Shown here: one piece after another, positions 57,180 to 64,000 of the stretch | Numbering within the stretch: the first letter of the stretch is position 1 | Layout: each line of letters starts with the position of its first letter | NCBI RefSeq assembly: GCF_006345805.1 | Contig: NC_043006.1 | Span: 10,168,001-10,232,000, forward strand | Origin: Octopus sinensis | Taxonomy: Eukaryota | Direction of reading: 5' to 3' | Length of the DNA stretch: 64,000 nt | Notes under the pieces: model-generated | The model's database searches: none | What the model was told of the DNA's origin: nothing | Seen by the model: the letters and a program-made list of their open reading frames with translations, nothing else | Position numbers and translations under genes: made by a program

Positions 57180-57345
57180 TTTCTACTATAGGCAAAAGTC
57201 CTGAAATTTTGGGGGACGGTGAAGTCGATTACATCGAATCCTGGTGGTACTAATTTTAACGATCTCGAAAGGATGAAAAGCAAAGTCAACCTCCGTGGAT
57301 ACTGAAATGACGCTAAGCGTGTTTAAATATTCTGCCAGCTCAACA
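57180..57345 (-). mobile_element. Decayed family B SINE
   Basis: GAAAGGATGAAAAGCAAAGTCAACCTCCG...TTCTGCCAGCTC on the + strand. Confidence 0.7.
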
Positions 57346-59250
57346 CCTTAATAATAACAAAAATAATAAAAAAGAAGTAAATTAACAATAACAGCGTTGC
57401 AGTAACAGTAATCAGTATCACATTTATCCAAACCAATTTTTTAAAAATAAATTAATTAGATAGTGTCATTCGTAATATCTAAATTAAAATATCTGCAGAT
57501 GTTACTTCTCATAAAAAAATTACAATATTTGGCAAAAATTATTCCTTGCTGCTTAAAATTAATCAAGTTAGCAATGCGTGTCTTTAAAGTAAAATATTGT
57601 GTAAAAATTTACAAATGCTTCCCTTTTAATACTCTTTAGTTATTCCAGCAATTCTAAATTTTTATGACGAAAGCAAAAACACAGGATGACCATCATTCGA
57701 ATATTTGCCTGAGATTGTATTAGGTCACGTAAGTATTACCATACGTATTTTTATGACGTGACTGTTTCGTGGCATCATATATCTACATTACTCGCTTTGA
57801 TACTAACATAAATTAACATACTGAAATGCCGTTTATTTTTGGACTTATAGAAATAGTATACTTTATCTTCAAATGGATGCAACTAACGTCATATGTTCTG
57901 AATAATGATCAATAAAACTTCCTTGGAAATTAACAATCTCAAGAAATATTTCCAGTTACGTTTCGTTTCGTGGTTTAAACTCCATATATCTCACTGCGAA
58001 CAACGATCTGGTGACACACATTCGTTTCTATGTCTCTATTCTTAAAATTTAAGTCGTCTGGAACTAATACTAAACTTGAATTGTACTGAATACCATGAAG
58101 GATTATTCCCAAATTTTCCTGATAGTGTTTCCCGTGATACAACGATTTTCGACAAAATTCATATCATTTGGAACAAAACTACATCAATATCTTTTCCAAC
58201 ATGGTCACCTCCTCTTTATAGCAAGGTGCTTACTGTTTTATTTCTGCTTGCTCGGCAGTCATCGCAAGAGGTCGATCGGAACATTGACCAAATAAGTTTT
58301 TCTTCCTTCAGAAAACATTGTATGCCAATGAATATCACTTTTAAATAAGAGTTAGCAAAATATTCTATGACAGAAATAGAATGAAAGGTCGGTTCAAACT
58401 TTAGAGTTAGATCAGAACCTGCCAAGTTTAAATTTACAACTACCTTATGACCTCCAAATTTTGAGACTTCCCTCATCCATTCCAACAACTACTAAAGATA
58501 GGTGAATTTATCAGCTCCGTGTAGAACATGTTGGGGGACGTCATCTATCACACAGACATAGGAAAATATTTGTGTATGTGTGTATGTGTGTGTGTGTGGT
58601 GTAAATGTTTCAAAATTTAACAGAGCAATATATTTCACCAATATAAGTTTTGCTTAGCTATACTATTAATGAATTAAATATTTGTCTGTTGCTGTCACTT
58701 TTTATAAAGCAAAATGTTGTATACAAATTCTAGGTTATTTCAGAGTGAGGAATGACACTATATACCATCGAAAGTAGATGTTTCCGATGTCAGGGGATAT
58801 ACTGATGTTTATCATCATACTACATCAAATACCAGACTAAAGTCTAGCAAACTAACCTTAATTAGTAATAAAACAAATACGTACATCTAATGCAAATAAC
58901 GGCTGACATCGTTGTGAAGCAATATATTAATCGATATCAGAGTACATGATAATATCATTAAGCAAAATACACTTAATTAATATGATGAATTCGCTATCGT
59001 GAAGATATATGTAAATATCAAGCGGAGTATACAGCTAGGCGTAAACTATATTCACTAAATACGGAAAGAGCGAGTTTACACGAGGTTTTCAATGGCTGTC
59101 GTTGATGTCGATAATAAGAGATTCACGGAATATTTGAAGAGATTTCCTTGCTGACATTTTTACTTGATATACTTTTACTTGTTTCCACTTGTTTCTCGCT
59201 TTTGTATTCTAGGACGCCTAATATATCTTGAGGTGCGATATATATATTTA

Positions 59251-60172
59251 TAAAGGGGATGGACAAAATAATGGAAACACCATAAAACTTCAAACAAATT
59301 TATTTTAGTATGGGGTAGGGCACCTTTGGCAGTAATTAAAGCTTGAATTCTACGAAGCATGGACTCGTACAAAGTTTGAATTGTTTCCAAAGTAATTTTT
59401 CTCTATTCTTCAGCTAATACAGTCCCTAGTTCTTGTTGTAATGATGGTGGAGGATATGGACTCCATACATGTTTTTCTAAAATGCACCACAAATGTTTAA
59501 TAATATTGATATCTGGGGGCTCTGTTGGCCAGATAAGATGTTTAACTTCACTAGAATGTTCCTCATGCTATTCATTAACAACTTCAGCTGTGTGAATTGG
59601 TGCATTATTACCCTGAAAGATTGCGTTTCCCTCTGGAAACAGCTCAAAAACCGTAGGATAAATTTGATCAGATAAAACGCTTAAATAGACTTGACTATTA
59701 ATTTTGCCATGAAGGGAAGCGACTGGGCCGGCAGATTTCTAAGATATAGCTGCCCTCCCCCAGATCATCAGAGATCCTCCTCCATATTTAACAGTTAGAA
59801 GAAGGCAGTTTGGGTCAAATGCTTCTTTTGGCTGTATCCACACGTATACTCGTCCGGTAATCGGAAATAAGGTAACAGATGACTCCTGTGAGTAAATAAC
59901 CTTCTTCCACTACTATAGGGACTAGTTCTGTAGGTTTTTACTTCATTCTAAAAGCTTTTCAGCGTTTGGTTTTGAAAGTAGTGATTTTCTGATAGCAGCC
60001 CTCGGCGAGCAGCTTTGGGGGAAAATAAATGGGTTCTCGGAGTGGTCCATAAGCTCTGCAGTAATTTTGGGAGGTGTAATTTTGTGATCCTTTCTAACAA
60101 TTCGCCTAAGAGTCCGACTGTCCCTATTTGAAAATTTTGATTTTCTTCCGGAGTTTTGGTTCGAAGAGGACG
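59251..60172 (-). mobile_element. Tc1 (DD34E-type) transposon remnant; 5' end lost at (TA)n
   Basis: Reverse strand: NSGRKSKFSNRDSRTLRRIVRKDHK, WKKVIYSQESS, TVKYGGGSLMIWG, IFQGNNAPIHTA, WPTEPPDINIIKHLW, TLYESMLRRIQALITAKG. TIR-like AGGGGATGGACAAAATAATGGAAACAC at 59254. Confidence 0.9.
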
Positions 60173-60174
60173 TT

Positions 60175-60233
<59 letters not shown>

Positions 60234-60483
60234 CAAAATCATTTGGATGTTTACATTCGAAATAGGATGCTACTATTATCAATACCATCTATGGAAAATA
60301 TTTTGAATTTGATACTATTAACAGCAGTAACATGGGCCGTTCACAAGTTTAATAGCATTATAAGATATAAAATATAAAATTAGGACGAAGCCTTAAGGAT
60401 GCAGTGAGCATTAGTCTATTTAGCACTCATTTCTAAATAGGCTGCATCCTTACAGCTTCGTGTTAATTATATATATATATATA

Positions 60484-61200
60484 ACCTTGCCCAAAAGTAT
60501 TAGGTCACCCCAATGTTTTCGGATTCTGCTATCTCAATGTTAGACCATGGTAGATTATGGCATGTTTCACATTATACATTAGTTTTAATTACTGGTTGAC
60601 CCTCCTTAACCATCAATTACCACTTTTATACTGTACTGCACATGTGGAACTAATTATGAGTAAGACCAACGTCCAAAATTAGCTTATGTTTCCGTGATTA
60701 TTTCAGAGTTTTATGCTAAAATACGTTGTAGATACAGTAATAAAGAGTAAAATGCCTAAATGAAGGGAGTTGAGTGTGTGTGAACGAGGTCAAATCGCAG
60801 CTCATCATGAAGATGGAATGTCTCAAAGGCAAATTGCTCAGAAGATGAAATCTTCTCGATGAGCGGTGCAAATGACTCTAAAGCGCTTCAGAGAGACAAA
60901 AATGTGAAGACTATACAAATAACAGGTAGAAAAAGGTTACATCACTTTGTGATGACAGATCCATCATCAGTCACTGAGAAACAGGAGAAAACCATCGTCG
61001 GAGCTATGTGCAGTCTTCAACGAGGCAAGTACTTCAACAAATATCAACGAAAACTGTTAGAAGAAGGCTTGTAGATTACGGTCTGAAAGGCTGTAAAGCC
61101 AGGAAGAATCAATGGGTTTCTGAAGCGAATATGGAAAAAATGTCTTCAGTGGGCCAAAACAGATAATTCAATTTGAACAAGTGAGCAGTGGCCGGCATCA
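60484..61200 (+). mobile_element. Second Tc1-like family, 5' half (left TIR and DNA-binding domain), 3'-truncated
   Basis: TIR-like TTGCCCAAAAGTATTAGGTCACCCC. ATG at 60752: MPK*RELSVCERGQIAAHHEDGMSQRQIAQK, then STKTVRRRLVDYGLKGCKARK. Confidence 0.82.
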
Positions 61201-62145
61201 TGGAATAGGATCTTTATTTGCACATTCAAAACGTTACCATAAACAAACTTAAAACATATGAACACATGCGCGCACGCAAGCAAACGAGCAGGCATAGATT
61301 TATGAAGGCAACTATCCATACGTTATAGATAAGAAAAACATACAATATTAAATACATCCATCCAACAGTTCATTCCTAATTTATGAAATACTTATGATCT
61401 TGTTTACCCTTTTGTGGAATTCGACATAAAATATTTGCCAACAACAATATTCCCACCCCACCTGCCAATATATAGTTGTAACCAATAACCATTCTTGAAC
61501 ACGAAGTATATATTTATACAGTGAGAATTGGATGTCTGTATAGAAAGTTTAGTTAATATAAAAGTAGCATAAATTGTCTCGATTGGGACATTGATTCAAA
61601 CAACCTTTCGTTGCCAAGTAATACATCTAAAATTTAACATGTCGTTCTCAATGGCAAAGATGCGAAGTCAGATATCGTTGATTATGAAAGTAATGCAGAA
61701 AATAACAAAATACACACATGTTCAGACATTTTATTCTACCAAAGCAGTCAACCACCAAGCCAATTATTTGTTTATCCTCATACATACCAATCAATGATCG
61801 CATAAATGAATGTGCGCCAATACCATATTCACTAGGATTCGAACCTTCACGTAAGCGGATAGACAAATGACAAGTGATACAGAGCCTAACTGCTAGCATA
61901 GCTCTGCGTGATCTTTCTCCAACTCTTTTATCAATTTGATAAGCGCTGTTTATATGAAAACTGTTATAAACTTTGGTTGTAGCCGAGAAAAATTATCTAT
62001 ACTGGAAACGGACTATGCCTCAGGCTTTGTAAAATAGTTTGAAGCATATCTAATATTAGCATTTCTCTCCGATTTCCGTAACCTCCAGCCTATGTCTACC
62101 ACGGTGAATTATATGCTTACATAATATATTTCTGTAAATAAAGCA

Positions 62146-62514
62146 GCGAGCTGGCAGAAACGTTAGCGCGCCAGGTGAAATGCTCAGCGGTATTTCGTCT
62201 GCTGTTACGTTCTGAGCTCAAATTCCGCCGAGGTCGACTTTACCTTTCATCCTTTCGGGGTCGATTAAATAAGTACCAGTTACGCACTTCTGTCTGATCT
62301 TGTTCGAAATCTCAGTGTTTAGCCCCTTGTGGGTAGTAAAGAAATAGGTATTTTGTCTGTCTTTATGTTCTGACATCAAATTCCCACGAGGTTGATTTTG
62401 CCTTTCATCCTTTTTGGGTCGATAAATTGAGTATCAATTGCGTTGTGGGGTCGATCTAATCGACTGGCTCCCTCCCAAAACTTTTCGGGCCGTGTGCCTA
62501 AAGTAGAAAAGAAT
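62146..62514 (+). mobile_element. Family B SINE, internally duplicated (dimeric) form
   Basis: GCGAGCTGGCAGAAACGTTAGC head. The block CGAGGT.GA.TTT.CCTTTCATCCTTT..GGGTCGAT occurs twice (about 62228 and 62387). Confidence 0.88.
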
Positions 62515-63467
62515 ATCTTCTTTTAAATATTTCACATCTTCTGAAACTCTAAACTCCAAATTTTGTATAGCTACATCGGTGATACTTGGTTACAACAAAT
62601 TTGTTTTGTTCTATTTTATTCTAAACATTTAGTAGTTTCCATGGCCGCAACGAATTATAACCAAAATTTAAAACAGTCTTCAACCTATAAAAAATAACTA
62701 ATTTTTTAAATATTGTGCAGAGCATCACTTCAAATTAAAAATGTTACAGATATATTGAGAATACAAGGTGTTGTAATTACTGTTGTTTATATGTGGAGGT
62801 GTATTTTTGTAATAACATGGCCACTTGCAGGTATGGTTCTAGGAAACGTTGATTAGATTTTGTCAAGTTATGTTTTCAACACCTTGCATTTGTAACAGTT
62901 TCGACTACTTTCCACTTCGTTGATGCAGTTATCATATCGGTAAGAATTAAGACGACAGTTACCAGAGAAATAGAATGTAATACAGGAATGAACACCTGAT
63001 CCCCAGAAAGACTACATATTGTTGTATCAGTGTTGGTACTTAAAATGGTCGTATATATTCTGTTACTCTACACTTTTATCTGTATTATATACTCAGTATA
63101 GTCTTTAAAACTACATTAAAAAATTAACGCCATTTTTCATGGATCAAAACTTGTTTTAATTCATCTGTATCAGTGGTTCACAAATAAGATTTTGTTAAAA
63201 TCTATTGCCAATAAGTTCGTTGTACTTTCACTTTTAAATTTATCTTTTTAAAATTCGAATGGATTGGAGGGTGCATCTGTATATCTGAGTATAATACGAA
63301 TCAAAGTCATATAGGGTCAATAGGCAAAAAAAAAATGGATCAGAACCACTGATTTACATGCAACAGAAAAAACCTTCTAAAGCCCGCGTACACTTTTACA
63401 CGTTCGCCGAAGAGACGTTTTTAACACCATATTTCATGTGTAGATGTAGCAACTTTATGCTCATTTC

Positions 63468-63573
<106 letters not shown>

Positions 63574-64000
63574 TGTGTGTGTGGGGGGGCGTGTGTGTGC
63601 GTGTAAGCAATATTTTTGTTACTTAAAGTGAGGATAAATCAGCGATTAGCCGCAGAAGCAAATGCTTTCCAGTTTGGGAGATTGTTAGAGCAGATTATCA
63701 AGATGTACATTCCATTTCGTAGTTAATGTCGGAATTAACAGAGTTACCTTGTTCCAAAGATCAAGACTGTTTTGAGGTATTACGTAGTATAAAGGTGATA
63801 TTCTCCAGGACTAGTTCTGATAATGGTCCAATATATATTGCACAATAGAAGAATATCTCATAAATGTTATATTTATTTTCTGCAGCTGTTAAAGTTTTAA
63901 AATTTAATCTCTAAACTTAATTGAGGAAATGTGGTGTTCGTAGTAAACTTTAACGTTATTATACACGTGCGTGTGTGTGTGAATATAAATCCATGTATAA

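Overview
AT-rich, microsatellite-dense eukaryotic DNA. The SINE families resemble those described from octopus, so a coleoid cephalopod origin is inferred, not proven. I find no recognisable intact protein-coding gene, rRNA, tRNA or CRISPR array; the window reads as intronic or intergenic. Almost all listed ORFs are translations of (TA)n/(TG)n tracts or SINEs. Supported content: about 16 copies or fragments of one tRNA-derived CORE-like SINE (family A), several copies of a second SINE (B) and one of a third (C); decayed Tc1/mariner-superfamily transposons (mariner, three Tc1-like, one maT-like); an internally deleted Gypsy element with both LTRs; two 3' ends of RLE-type (R4/Dong-like) LINEs in (TAA)n tracts; Penelope-like and Helitron/HINE-like pieces; an 856-bp tandem duplication; and six foldback structures. 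The most interesting leads are a recurring hammerhead-like motif lacking helix III, an inverted and permuted repeat at 36.1-36.8 kb, a candidate amidation-site (GKR) exon inside a HINE-like element, and several splice-flanked candidate exons on the minus strand. All need transcript or homology data. Boundaries of decayed elements are approximate.
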